Below, one piece after another: positions 41,750 through 52,194 of a DNA stretch of 64,000 bases (position 1 is the first letter of the stretch; every line of letters begins with the position of its first letter). This stretch comes from Gemmatimonadales bacterium (GTDB taxonomy: Bacteria; Gemmatimonadota; Gemmatimonadetes; Gemmatimonadales; GWC2-71-9): assembly GCA_038250675.1 (NCBI GenBank), contig JBBSCB010000008.1:34740-98739 (forward strand), read 5' to 3'. The notes below the pieces were generated by a model. It did not search any database, was not told the origin of the DNA, and was given only the letters and a program-made list of their open reading frames with translations. The translations under genes and the position numbers were made by a program.

Positions 41750-43597
41750 TCAGCGGCTGGCGACGGCACGCCCGGCGCGGTAGCGGCGTACGTCGCCCAC
41801 CCGGGTCGTGATCCCCCGCGCATCGGCCCATTCGAGCAGCGGGATGAGATACTTCCGGCTCAACCCCGTGCGATCCCGGAGCGGCGCGACGTCGATTGCC
41901 CGGCCGCCGGCGCCCAGCTCCGCGAGCATCGCTTCGAATTCCACGAGCGCTGACCGGGCGTAGTAGCGATCGCGGGCGACCGCCGCCACGCGCCCGGCGG
42001 TGGCGGCCAGGCGTAGCGTCGTCCCGATCTCGGGGCGGGCCACGGCGGCGGCCAGCTCGGCGACAGTGGGCGGATGGAGTCCCGCGGCCTCGAGCAGCGC
42101 CACAATCTCGTCGACTTCGGCGGCCGCGCCGGCGCCGGCCGGCTGAAACCCGGGCGTCCGCACCCGATCGCCGTTCCGGACGATGGCGGCGCCGGCCATC
42201 GCGGCGTCCACGGCCGCATCGGCCAGCCACGGCGGCGTCACGAGCAACGTCCGGAGCGTCTCGAGCGGAATCCCCGGCTCGGCGGGCTGGCGCCGGTGGA
42301 ACGCCGTCACCGTGGTCACGGCCCGCGCCGCCAGACGATCGAGCAGGGAGCGGAGGATCCAGTGGCCGCCACAGGAGACGAGTGCGGGGTCGGCCGCCGC
42401 CAGGGCCTCTGCCCCCGGCGCCGGAAGCCCGGTCATGACGGCGAGCAGCTCCGCCGAAAGCCCGTGCCGCCGCCGAGTCACAAGCGCGCGGAGTCGCGCG
42501 GCGGCGTTAGTCGCGCCGAGCCCCGGTGGCCAGGGCGCACGGGCGGGGGGCGCCGGGTCGAGCACCGTGCCGCCGCCCAGCGTCTCCAGCGGACTGAATC
42601 GTCGCAGCACAAATCGGTCGCCGCCGCGGGCGACGATGTCCCGGTCGAGCGTGATGCGTGCGAGACCCTCGCCGGCGGTTCGATGTGGCGCCAGCCAGCC
42701 GATCCACTCGCCCGTGCCCAGGTGCAGCCGGACCCGCTGTCGACGCCGGCCCAGCTCGGGCGCGGTCGGCCCCGGAACGATGCGGACGTCCAGCCGGCGC
42801 GACGCCATCCACGGGTCCAGGGCAGCAACGGCTACCTGCCCGCGCCGGACCTGGCCGCGCTCGATCCCGGAGACTCCCAGAGCAATGCGGGCACCTGGCC
42901 GTGCCGCGGCCGGACCGCCATGCGACTCGATCGACCGCACGCGCCCCTGCTCCGGCCCCGGCACCATGCGAATCTCCTCCCCCACCGCGACCGCGCCCGA
43001 CCAACAGGTGCCGGTGAGCACGGTGCCGATGCCGGCCACCGAGAATGCGCGGTCCACCGGTAGGCGGAACAGATCGGCGTCCGACCGGGCCGGAGCGGTC
43101 GCCAATGCCGCGTCGATCCGCTGGCGTAGCGCCGCCATGCCCACGCCGGTCCGGACCGACACCGGCACCGGCGCACCAAAGGCGACGGGCGAGCCGGCCA
43201 GCCGCGCGCTGACGTCACCGATGACTAGCTCGAGCCAGGCGGGCTCGACGAGATCGATCTTGGTGAGCACCGCGAGACCGGCAGCCACGCCGAGCTGTTC
43301 CAGCACCTGCAGATGTTCCTCGGTCTGCGGCATCATGCCCTCGTCCGCCGCGATGACCAGCAGTGCCAGGTCGACGCCCGACGCCCCCGCCACCATTGTG
43401 CGGATGAAGTCTTCGTGTCCCGGCACGTCCACGACGCCTGCCGTCCGCCCGTCAGCCAGCAGCAGCGGCGCAAAACCGAGCTCGATGGTCATCCCGCGCC
43501 GCTGTTCCTCGGCCAGCCGGCCCATCGGGCGGCCGGTGAGCGCACAAACCAGCGACGACTTGCCATGGTCCACGTGCCCGGCAGTGCCGATGATCAT
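41750..43597 (-). CDS. selB: Selenocysteine-specific translation elongation factor
   Basis: ORF trimmed to ATG 43597 (ATGA overlap with recO). G1 GHVDHGKS, G3 DVPGHEDF, G4 TKIDL. C-terminal winged-helix repeats ending GLSRKYLIPLLEWADARGITTRVGDVRRYR. Confidence 0.85.
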   Translation of the reverse strand: MIIGTAGHVDHGKSSLVCALTGRPMGRLAEEQRRGMTIELGFAPLLLADGRTAGVVDVPGHEDFIRTMVAGASGVDLALLVIAADEGMMPQTEEHLQVLEQLGVAAGLAVLTKIDLVEPAWLELVIGDVSARLAGSPVAFGAPVPVSVRTGVGMAALRQRIDAALATAPARSDADLFRLPVDRAFSVAGIGTVLTGTCWSGAVAVGEEIRMVPGPEQGRVRSIESHGGPAAARPGARIALGVSGIERGQVRRGQVAVAALDPWMASRRLDVRIVPGPTAPELGRRRQRVRLHLGTGEWIGWLAPHRTAGEGLARITLDRDIVARGGDRFVLRRFSPLETLGGGTVLDPAPPARAPWPPGLGATNAAARLRALVTRRRHGLSAELLAVMTGLPAPGAEALAAADPALVSCGGHWILRSLLDRLAARAVTTVTAFHRRQPAEPGIPLETLRTLLVTPPWLADAAVDAAMAGAAIVRNGDRVRTPGFQPAGAGAAAEVDEIVALLEAAGLHPPTVAELAAAVARPEIGTTLRLAATAGRVAAVARDRYYARSALVEFEAMLAELGAGGRAIDVAPLRDRTGLSRKYLIPLLEWADARGITTRVGDVRRYRAGRAVASR

Positions 43598-44355
43598 GCC
43601 GGCGCCACCCACGGGCGCGATTCCCAGAAGCCGAGTGCCGGGAGCTCGGCGCCCTCGCCGAGGTGGTACCGGATGAAGCGGGAGAGCAGACGGCGGTGGG
43701 CCGTTGCATGACGCGCGTCGAGGGACGGGAGCGGTGCGGCGGCATCGAGCAACGCGTTGAGGTCGGCGCGCGCATCGGCCGGAATGGTCGTGGTGCCCTG
43801 CTGCGTGGCGCACGCCGCACAGAGCGCCCCCCCATCGCGGGTGCTGAACGCCAGCGGACCCTCAGCGGGCAGCGGCGTGTCATCGTGCACGCACGCATCG
43901 AGCACCGGCGCAAAGCCCAGCACCCCGACCAGCCCCCAGATGAGCCGGAGGGCGATCGCGTCCACCTCCGCCGGATCCGCGGTCTCCAGGGTGTCGAGCG
44001 CGCCAAGCAGGACGTCGTAACTTTCGGGATGCGGGTCCGGCGGGGCGAAGCGCTGCATCACCTCCGCCAGCGCCGCCGCCGCCGAATACCGTTCCAGCCG
44101 CGTCGTGAGCCCGACGCGCACGCGCGCCACATCGAACGCCGTAAGCGTGTGCAGCTCGCGATGCTCCTTGACCAGCAGGTGCGCGACGCCATCGCTCAGC
44201 ACCTGCAGGGCCGCGCCGAACCGGCTCCGCGGCCGGAGCGCGCCCTTGGCAATCGCGCTCTGCACCCCCTGATCGCGGGTGGCAAGCCGGACGATCTTGG
44301 AGGTCTCGCTGTAGCGAATCGTCGACAGCACGATGGCGGGCGTGGAAATCACCAT
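43594..44355 (-). CDS. recO: DNA repair protein RecO
   Basis: The track start is TTG 44361; I prefer ATG 44355. MVISTPAIVLSTIRYSETSKIVRLATRDQG (OB fold) and a Cys cluster ...CVHDD...GGALCAAC. Confidence 0.85.
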   Translation of the reverse strand: MVISTPAIVLSTIRYSETSKIVRLATRDQGVQSAIAKGALRPRSRFGAALQVLSDGVAHLLVKEHRELHTLTAFDVARVRVGLTTRLERYSAAAALAEVMQRFAPPDPHPESYDVLLGALDTLETADPAEVDAIALRLIWGLVGVLGFAPVLDACVHDDTPLPAEGPLAFSTRDGGALCAACATQQGTTTIPADARADLNALLDAAAPLPSLDARHATAHRRLLSRFIRYHLGEGAELPALGFWESRPWVAPA

Positions 44356-44369
44356 GCCCAAATCTAGCG

Positions 44370-46334
44370 CTACATGCGGACCCGGGCGCCGACCGCCACG
44401 GTGCGCCCCAGCGCCGGGAAGCCGAGTACCTCCTCGTACTGCGCATCGAACAGATTGCGCACCCGGGCGGTAACCATCACGCGGTCGGCACCGCGCTCGT
44501 CGCGCGCCAGCCCGAGCTCGCCTGCCAGTTCGACGGTGTGATACGCGGGCAGCGTGACCCTGACTTCGGGGTACGGGCGGAAATCCACGTCTTCGCGCGG
44601 GCCGGTTAGATCCAGGCTGGCAGTGAGCATGGCGCGAGCCCCCGCGCGGGCGCGAACTCCGATGCGGCCGGCGTGCGCAGGCCGGCGGAGCAAGGCCGCG
44701 CCCGCCTGGAATGCCACCGAGCTGCTGGCGCCCGCATTGGCGACCCGTGTGCGGAGACCGGTGTACTGCGCCGCGAGCGACACGGCGGGTATGGGGCGGA
44801 TTTCCGCCGTCGCCTCGAGCCCCCGTGCGTTGGCCGCGGCCAGGTTGGCGTACGTCGGCGCACCGGGCGCGGCCGGGATGTACTGGATGAGGTCGCGAAA
44901 CCGCTGGTCAAAATAGGTCACGCCGATCACGGCCAGCCCGCCGGCCAGTGACTGCTCAACCCCCGCGTCCCAGCTGGTCGCACGCTCCGGCCGGAGCGAC
45001 GGATTGCCCGCCTCGTATGGCGTGGCGGCAAAGGTTTCCGAAAAGGTTGGCGCCTTGAACGCGTTCCCGGCGGATACCCGCAGCCGGGTGTCCGCGATCC
45101 GCTGCACGACGCCTGCACGGGCGGTGACGAAGGTCCCGAACGTGCTGTTGTCATCGAGGCGGACGCCCAGATCCGCCGAGAGGCCGGGCGCGATACCCGC
45201 GCTCGCCTGCGCGTACCCCGCCCAGGTGTGGCGCGCCTCGTCGAAGAAGGCGGCATCGCTGCCGGCGCCACCACCGAAGTTCGAGGTCGTCTCGCTGCCC
45301 TGGCGCTCACGCTCGAGCTCGACCTGTGACCCGGCGGTGAGCACGAGCCGGCGGCCGGGACGGAACACGAGGCGGAGATCGGCGCTCCGGCGGGAAGTGA
45401 AGGCGTTGCGCCGCGACGCGAAGGCAAACCCGGTGCTGTCGGCCGGCCCGTCGGGCATGTCGACAAATGCGTCGTCCCCACTGTGGAGTGCGAGTGCCAG
45501 CCGCGCCTCCAGGTCTCGGCGGAGCCGGCGTGTCGCGTCGACGCCGAGGACCACCCGATCGGTGTTGCTGACCTGATTGCTGTCCGTGAGGTTGCCGGCG
45601 CCATCGGTCGGGAAGCGGTAGGAGCGCTCGGTATAACGCATGGTAAGCGCGGCCATCGTCAGCGAATCGGGCGCGGCATGGGCGGCGCCGGTGATGGTGC
45701 CGTTCCGGTAGTGGCTGTTGAACGGATAGTTGCCGTCGGCATCGAAACGGGAGAAGCCAAGCGCGTAGCCGCCACCGGTGCCGCCGCCGCTCGCCGAGAG
45801 CTGCGCGTCGCTGGCGTGACGGCTGCCCGCTTCGATGCCGGCCTCGATCCGCGCGGGGCCGGTCCCCTGACGGGTGAAGATCTGGACGACCCCGCTCACT
45901 GCATCCGAGCCGTAGATCACGCTGGCCGGGCCCCGCACGATCTCGATCCGCTCGATATCGGTCGTGGTCAGGTCGGCAAAGTCGTAGGCACCGCCCGACT
46001 GGTTCACCGGTACGCCGTCGATCAGGACCTTGGTGTAGTTGCTGTTGCCGCCCCGCGTGAAGAGCGATGTCACCCCGCCCATCGAGCCCACCTGGGCCAG
46101 CGCCAGCCCCGGCACGTCCCGCAGTGCATCCGCCACGAAGCGTATGCCGCGCTCGCGCAGTTCGGCCCCGGTGATGACGGTGACGGCGGTGGTCACGTCC
46201 GCCGCCGGCATGGCACGGCGGTCCGCGGTGACGATCACCGGCGCGAGCGTGGCGGTGTCCGCCGGCACCTGCGCCGCGAGCGACGCGGTGGCGGTGAGGG
46301 TGACCGCGAGGGTGGCGATGCCGAGCCGATTCAT
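44370..46334 (-). CDS. btuB: TonB-dependent outer-membrane receptor; likely cobalamin/corrinoid uptake (BtuB-like) by operon context
   Basis: ORF trimmed to ATG 46334 (ATGA overlap). Signal MNRLGIATLAVTLTATASLAAQ, TonB-box-like LAPVIVTA, plug DVPGLALAQVGSMGGVTSLFTRGGNSNYTKVLIDGVPVN...IERIEIVRGPASVIYGSDAVSGVVQIFT, long beta-barrel. Confidence 0.75.
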   Translation of the reverse strand: MNRLGIATLAVTLTATASLAAQVPADTATLAPVIVTADRRAMPAADVTTAVTVITGAELRERGIRFVADALRDVPGLALAQVGSMGGVTSLFTRGGNSNYTKVLIDGVPVNQSGGAYDFADLTTTDIERIEIVRGPASVIYGSDAVSGVVQIFTRQGTGPARIEAGIEAGSRHASDAQLSASGGGTGGGYALGFSRFDADGNYPFNSHYRNGTITGAAHAAPDSLTMAALTMRYTERSYRFPTDGAGNLTDSNQVSNTDRVVLGVDATRRLRRDLEARLALALHSGDDAFVDMPDGPADSTGFAFASRRNAFTSRRSADLRLVFRPGRRLVLTAGSQVELERERQGSETTSNFGGGAGSDAAFFDEARHTWAGYAQASAGIAPGLSADLGVRLDDNSTFGTFVTARAGVVQRIADTRLRVSAGNAFKAPTFSETFAATPYEAGNPSLRPERATSWDAGVEQSLAGGLAVIGVTYFDQRFRDLIQYIPAAPGAPTYANLAAANARGLEATAEIRPIPAVSLAAQYTGLRTRVANAGASSSVAFQAGAALLRRPAHAGRIGVRARAGARAMLTASLDLTGPREDVDFRPYPEVRVTLPAYHTVELAGELGLARDERGADRVMVTARVRNLFDAQYEEVLGFPALGRTVAVGARVRM

Positions 46335-47143
46335 GATGGATCCGGGCCTGGTGACGGAAGGGACTCGCTGGAGCGGAGCGGTACGACCTGGGGCGAGCCG
46401 TCGCGCCACGGCATCACCGCCACCGGCCAGCGGAAGACGCGCTCCAGTACGGTCCGCTCGAGCACCTCCTGCGGCGTCCCCACCCGCACGACGCGCCCCC
46501 CATCGAGCAGCAGCATGCGATCAGCAAACCGAGCCGCGAGATTCAGTTCGTGGGTAATGACGACGCCGGCGAGCCCGTCGTCGGTCAGCTCGCGGACCAG
46601 CTCGAAGAGCTCCATCGCGTGGCGGACGTCCAGCGACACCGTCGGCTCGTCCAGCAACAGCACCCGCGGCTCCTGCGCCACGGCGCGCGCCACCCGCACC
46701 CGCTGCCACTCGCCGCCCGAAAGCTCATCCACCCGCCGGTCCGCCAGTGCCGCCGCGTCGCATCGTGTCAGCGCGCGATCGACCGCCGCCTGGTCCGCCG
46801 CGCCCGGCGGAGCCACCGGCCCCAGCCGCGCGTAGCGTCCGAGCATGACCATGTCCCTGACGCGGAGCGGGAAGACGATCTCCTCGCGCTGTGGCACCAC
46901 CCCCACCACGCGCGCGAGCTCCTCGCGCCGCCACGCGTCGGACGCCCGACCGTCCACGCGCGCGACGCCGCGTTCGGCGGCGACCAGGCCCAGCAGCGCC
47001 CGGATGAGCGTCGTCTTGCCGCTGCCGTTAGGGCCCGCGACGGCGAGGAGCTCACCGGCACGGGCACCGAAGCTCACGCCGTCCAGCGCGCACGCCGGCG
47101 CTCCGGCGTACCGCACGGTGAGGTCCTCCGCCTCAAGAATCAT
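46331..47143 (-). CDS. btuD: ABC transporter ATP-binding protein (FecE/BtuD type)
   Basis: 270 aa from ATG 47143. GPNGSGKTT, LSGGEWQRV, LLLDEPT. The 677-aa track ORF is this gene plus an upstream open frame with no stop. Confidence 0.85.
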   Translation of the reverse strand: MILEAEDLTVRYAGAPACALDGVSFGARAGELLAVAGPNGSGKTTLIRALLGLVAAERGVARVDGRASDAWRREELARVVGVVPQREEIVFPLRVRDMVMLGRYARLGPVAPPGAADQAAVDRALTRCDAAALADRRVDELSGGEWQRVRVARAVAQEPRVLLLDEPTVSLDVRHAMELFELVRELTDDGLAGVVITHELNLAARFADRMLLLDGGRVVRVGTPQEVLERTVLERVFRWPVAVMPWRDGSPQVVPLRSSESLPSPGPDPS

Positions 47144-48111
47144 GCGAGGGTGCGGCGCAACAGCACCGCAAAGACGGGCACGCCGACCAGCGCGGTCACC
47201 ACGCCCACCGGCAGCTCGAGCGGCGGGAGGATGCTGCGGGCGGCGGCATCGGCCAGTACCAGGAAGACGCCGCCGACCACGAAGCTTGCCGGCAGGAGCC
47301 GCCGGTGCAGCGGCGACCAGACGAGCCGGCAGGCATGCGGCACGACGAGGCCTACGAAGCCGATGATGCCGCAGGTGGCGACGCTCGCCGCCGTGAGGAG
47401 CGACGTGGCGGCATAGAGCACCCGCTTGGTCCGCTCGACATCGGCGCCGAGATACTCCGCGGTCTCCTCCCCCAGGGCCAGGAGGTCGAGCGGACGCGCC
47501 ATGCGGAAGACCAGGGCCAGCGGTACGACACCGTAAGCGGTGAAGATCCCCAGCGCACGCCACGACGCACCACCGAACCCGCCCAGCAGCCAGAGGAACG
47601 CGTTCCGGAGCGTGGGCGCGTCGGACAGGACGATGATGGCGCTCATGATGGCGCCGGCGAACGCGCCGACCACGACGCCGGCGAGCAGCAGCACCCGCGC
47701 GTCGAGCCGGCGGCCGCCCACCACCGCGAGCCGGTAGACCAGAGCGATCGCGCCGAGGGCACCGATGAACGCCGAAAGCGGCACGCCCCACGCACCGCCC
47801 AGCGAGAACGCGATCGCGGTCACGGCGCCCAGCCCGGCACCGCCGGAGAGTCCCAGCAGGTAGGGATCGGCCAGAGGATTGCGGACCAGCGCCTGGAGTG
47901 CGGCACCGGAGACACCCAGACTGCCGCCCACCAGAAACGCCAACAGGACCCGGGGGAGCCGCAGTTCCCGCACGATCGGCGCGGAGGGCGCCGACACATG
48001 GAGCAGCCCGCGCAGGACCGCCGCCGGCGAGAGCGAGACCGCACCGACGCCAATGCCGATCAGGACGGCGATCACCACGAGCGCGCCGAGCAGCAGGGTG
48101 CGCCGCGTCAT
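47140..48111 (-). CDS. btuC: FecCD-family ABC permease (BtuC type)
   Basis: ORF trimmed to ATG 48111. LRLPRVLLAFLVGGSLGVSGAALQALVRNPLADPYLLGLSGGA. About 9-10 TM helices. Confidence 0.85.
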   Translation of the reverse strand: MTRRTLLLGALVVIAVLIGIGVGAVSLSPAAVLRGLLHVSAPSAPIVRELRLPRVLLAFLVGGSLGVSGAALQALVRNPLADPYLLGLSGGAGLGAVTAIAFSLGGAWGVPLSAFIGALGAIALVYRLAVVGGRRLDARVLLLAGVVVGAFAGAIMSAIIVLSDAPTLRNAFLWLLGGFGGASWRALGIFTAYGVVPLALVFRMARPLDLLALGEETAEYLGADVERTKRVLYAATSLLTAASVATCGIIGFVGLVVPHACRLVWSPLHRRLLPASFVVGGVFLVLADAAARSILPPLELPVGVVTALVGVPVFAVLLRRTLA

Positions 48112-49064
48112 CGCCGGGACGCCGCGGCGAGCGCTGCGGTGAGCTCGCGAATCGCGGCCGGCGCCCGGGGCCCGGGCCGGCTGAACTCGGAGCCGGCGCC
48201 ATGCATGAACCGGCGGTCCCGCACCGCCGGGACCACCTGCCACTCAGGCCGGGCGGCGAACGTCGGCATCCCTTCGCTGGTGGTGAAGACGAAGTCCGGG
48301 TTCCGGTTCGCCGTCGCCTCGACGCTGATACGGCCGGACGACGCGGGGAGATCAGCAAAGACATTGCGTGCGCCGGCGCGCGCCAGCAGCTCGCTCAGGT
48401 AGCTGCCGGCGCCGATGGTCATCGGCGGCTCGTCCCACACGAGGATGAAGACCGTGGGCGGCTGCGGCGGCGGCGGCACCGTCGCTGCGGCGAGCTCGCG
48501 CTCGAATCGCGCGATCACCGCGGCAGCAGAATCGTCGTGCCCGGTGAGCCGTCCAAACAGCCGGGCCAGCCGCGGCACGTCGGCGAGACGGTCGCTGCGC
48601 ACCTGGATCGCCGGAATACCGAGCGCGTGAAGCCGCTCCGCCACCTGTCCGTTCTGCCCCGAGTGATAGAGAATGACCAGGTCGGGATGGGTGGCGACGA
48701 TGCGTTCGAGGTTGGGCGCGATGCCGTCGCCAACGTCGGGTACCGCAGCCGCCGCGGCGGGATAGTCGCACCACCGAGTGCGTCCGACGAGCTGTCCGCC
48801 GGCGTCGATGGCAAAGAGCAGCTCGGTCGCGGCCGGGATCAGCGAGACCACGTGACGGGCCGGACCCGCCAGGCGCACGGTATCGCCCGCATCGTCCACC
48901 ACCACCGGGCCGCCCGCCGCGCGCGACGCCGGGCGGCACGCCCCCCCGAGCATCGCGAGGGTGAAAAGGAAGCCGGCGGCCCGACGGAGTGCGCGCAAAA
49001 GAGAATCGCCCATCCCGGGGTTGGACCGAGATGGGCGCAGAAGGCCGCGATGGCGGCGATTCAT
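48108..49064 (-). CDS. btuF: Periplasmic binding lipoprotein (BtuF/FhuD class)
   Basis: 318 aa. Lipobox LGGAC. VVSLIPAATELLFAIDAGGQLVGRTRWCDYP is the BtuF-like signature. The ATG follows the riboswitch. Confidence 0.75.
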   Translation of the reverse strand: MNRRHRGLLRPSRSNPGMGDSLLRALRRAAGFLFTLAMLGGACRPASRAAGGPVVVDDAGDTVRLAGPARHVVSLIPAATELLFAIDAGGQLVGRTRWCDYPAAAAAVPDVGDGIAPNLERIVATHPDLVILYHSGQNGQVAERLHALGIPAIQVRSDRLADVPRLARLFGRLTGHDDSAAAVIARFERELAAATVPPPPQPPTVFILVWDEPPMTIGAGSYLSELLARAGARNVFADLPASSGRISVEATANRNPDFVFTTSEGMPTFAARPEWQVVPAVRDRRFMHGAGSEFSRPGPRAPAAIRELTAALAAASRR

Positions 49065-49084
49065 GACGCCACCTGCCCTCCCCC

Positions 49085-49240
49085 GAGGGTTGTCGTGGTG
49101 GCGCGAACGGAGAGGTCTCCTGGCTTCGGGCCTCCGCTCGCCTTCCCGGTTTCCCAGTGGCGTTTTGAGCGGAGCTGACTGCCCGTTACAGTGGCGGGGC
49201 CGCGCCGGTCTTGCACCGGCTTCCGAGCGCCCCGTTCGCG
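49085..49240 (-). ncRNA. Cobalamin (B12) riboswitch
   Basis: Minus strand ...GGAAGCCGGTGCAAGACCGGCGCGGCCCCGCCACTGTAACGGG...GCCACTGGGAAACCGGGAAGGCG...AGCCAGGAGACCTC.... The B12 box GCCAGGAGACC is at 49124..49114. It is followed by hairpin CCCTC-GGGG-GAGGG (49089..49076), which contains the SD. Confidence 0.85.
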
Positions 49241-49267
49241 TACTTCAGTTGTGAACTCGTCGCAATT

Positions 49268-50458
49268 CTATGTGCCGGACCCGCGCGCCGCAAGAGCCGC
49301 GGTCAGTTCCGCCTTCAGCCGCTCCCGCTCGGCGCGGTAGCCGTCCCATGCCTCCGGCGAGAGCTCCGCCTCGCGCCCGGCATGTGCCACGTCGAGTCGG
49401 GCGAGCGCGGTGAGTAACGCGTCCGCGGTCCGCGGCGCGGCGCGCGGACGCGCCGAACCCGGGGCGAACGCACGCGCTGCGGCCAGCGCGAGTCCCAGCA
49501 ACACCGCGCCCACCAGCGCCACGAGCGCCCAGTATCCGACGCGCCTCGGCGCCGGCAATCGGACGGTGACGGTGCCTCCGGCCGGCACCCGCCCCTCCCA
49601 GCGCCGAAACGGCCGCCCCTCGATGCGCTCAGTGTCTGCCTGCTGCGCGAGTCCGCCGGCCACCGTCGCGCCGCGCTCCTCGATCATGAGATTGACCAGG
49701 GCCGCCGGCTCGCCAAAGTGATAGTCCAGCCGGGGTACCCCGGCCGGGATGGTGTACTGCATGACGATCTGCTTCTCGCCGGTGGAGATCGGCGCGCTCA
49801 CCACCACGCTGTCACCCAGGCGGCCGATCGCTTCGGGCGCGAGATCGCCTTCGCCCGCGGTGAGCCCGACGGCGACGTGCGGGATCTCCTCGCCCCACAC
49901 CGCCGATGCGCTGTCCCGGCCGACCCGCGTGAGCGGGCCGCCGTTGTGGAGCAGCACGACTTCCACGACGGAGCGGGTGCCGTCGGTCGCAGGGGCGCTG
50001 ACGACGATGTGCCGTGCCTCCAGCGAGATCGGCGCCACAGACGACGTGTCGGCCACGACGAGGGTGATGGCGGTGTCCGGCAAAACGGGATTGGTGTGGA
50101 CCGGCGGACCGAAATAGACGATGCCCGCGTGGCGGGCACTCACCAGGTAAATCGCGGACGTGTCGGCGAGAAAGCGAAAGCGGAATCGGCCCTGTGCGTC
50201 GGTGAGCGTCGAGTCCACCGGCCCCTGCTCCTGACGACCCACGCGATGGAGGACGACCTCGAGTGCGGGCACCGGGACGGAATCGGTGGGGGTGGCACGC
50301 AGGACCCGGCCGCCCGCCTGTACCCGCACCTGCGCGCGGGCAGCGGGCGCGAGCCCGCACAGTGCGGCGATCGCCGCGGCGAGCGTAAGCCTATGGATTG
50401 AACTTGCCGAAGTCCTGCGGGTCGAGCTTCTCGAGGTACTGCTTGAGCTTGTCGGCAT
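49268..50458 (-). CDS. Membrane-anchored protein with carboxypeptidase-regulatory-like (CarbopepD_reg) N-terminal domain
   Basis: The only canonical start upstream of the signal peptide is ATG 50458, which overlaps the upstream gene by 68 nt. LTLAAAIAALCGLAPAARAQ, GRVLRATPTDS..LEVVLHRV....DAQGRFRFRFL, C-terminal TM YWALVALVGAVLLGLALAAA, helical tail. Confidence 0.5.
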   Translation of the reverse strand: MPTSSSSTSRSSTRRTSASSIHRLTLAAAIAALCGLAPAARAQVRVQAGGRVLRATPTDSVPVPALEVVLHRVGRQEQGPVDSTLTDAQGRFRFRFLADTSAIYLVSARHAGIVYFGPPVHTNPVLPDTAITLVVADTSSVAPISLEARHIVVSAPATDGTRSVVEVVLLHNGGPLTRVGRDSASAVWGEEIPHVAVGLTAGEGDLAPEAIGRLGDSVVVSAPISTGEKQIVMQYTIPAGVPRLDYHFGEPAALVNLMIEERGATVAGGLAQQADTERIEGRPFRRWEGRVPAGGTVTVRLPAPRRVGYWALVALVGAVLLGLALAAARAFAPGSARPRAAPRTADALLTALARLDVAHAGREAELSPEAWDGYRAERERLKAELTAALAARGSGT

Positions 50459-50881
50459 CGAGGGTGGGATCGGGCGCCGGCTCGTCGGTTTCGACGCCGC
50501 TCTCATCGAGCAACTGGTCGCTCGTGAAGATCGGCGCGTTGAGTCGCAGTGCGAGCGCGATGCTGTCGCTCGGCCGCGCGTCCACCTGGAAGACGTGATC
50601 GTCGCGGCGGATCAGCAGCTCGGCGAAGTAGGTGTTTTCCTTGACCGAGCTGATCACGACGCGGCGCAGGTCGCCGCCCAGCCCCACGATCACCTGCTTG
50701 AGCAGATCGTGGGTCAGCGGCCGCGGCGCCTTCACCCCCTGCAGCTCCAGCGCGATCGCACTTGCTTCGGCCGGTCCGATCCAGATCGGCAGCACGCGCG
50801 CGCCGCCCTTTTCCCGAAGGATGACGACCGGCGTGTTGTTGGTCCGGTCGAGGCCGAGGTGTGCGACCGTGACTTCGAGCA

Positions 50882-50882
<1 letters not shown>
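50391..50882 (-). CDS. Bifunctional nuclease (BFN/DUF151) family protein
   Basis: 163 aa. PVVILREKGGARVLPIWIGPAEASAIALELQG...RPLTHDLL...ARPSDSIALALR. Confidence 0.8.
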
Positions 50883-52108
<1,226 letters not shown>

Positions 52109-52194
52109 GTCGAATTTTCTCGTGTTGGAAGTAGGATTCCCCGATGCCGGGGGGCGGGAGCAAGGTAGCCGAGCCGGACAGGGGCTGGCAACGG

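Noticed and set aside
46331-48364. 677-aa minus-strand ORF that looks like one large protein
   Set aside because: Only the last 270 aa (from ATG 47143) form the ABC ATPase. The upstream 400 aa are an Arg/Pro-rich alternative frame of the permease and binding-protein genes.
52109-52194. Possible SAM riboswitch upstream of metK
   Set aside because: The 86-nt spacer contains only a short CCCCG-GCAT-CGGGG hairpin. It is too short and lacks SAM-I, SAM-II or SAM-V conserved cores as far as I can tell by eye. An Rfam scan would be decisive.
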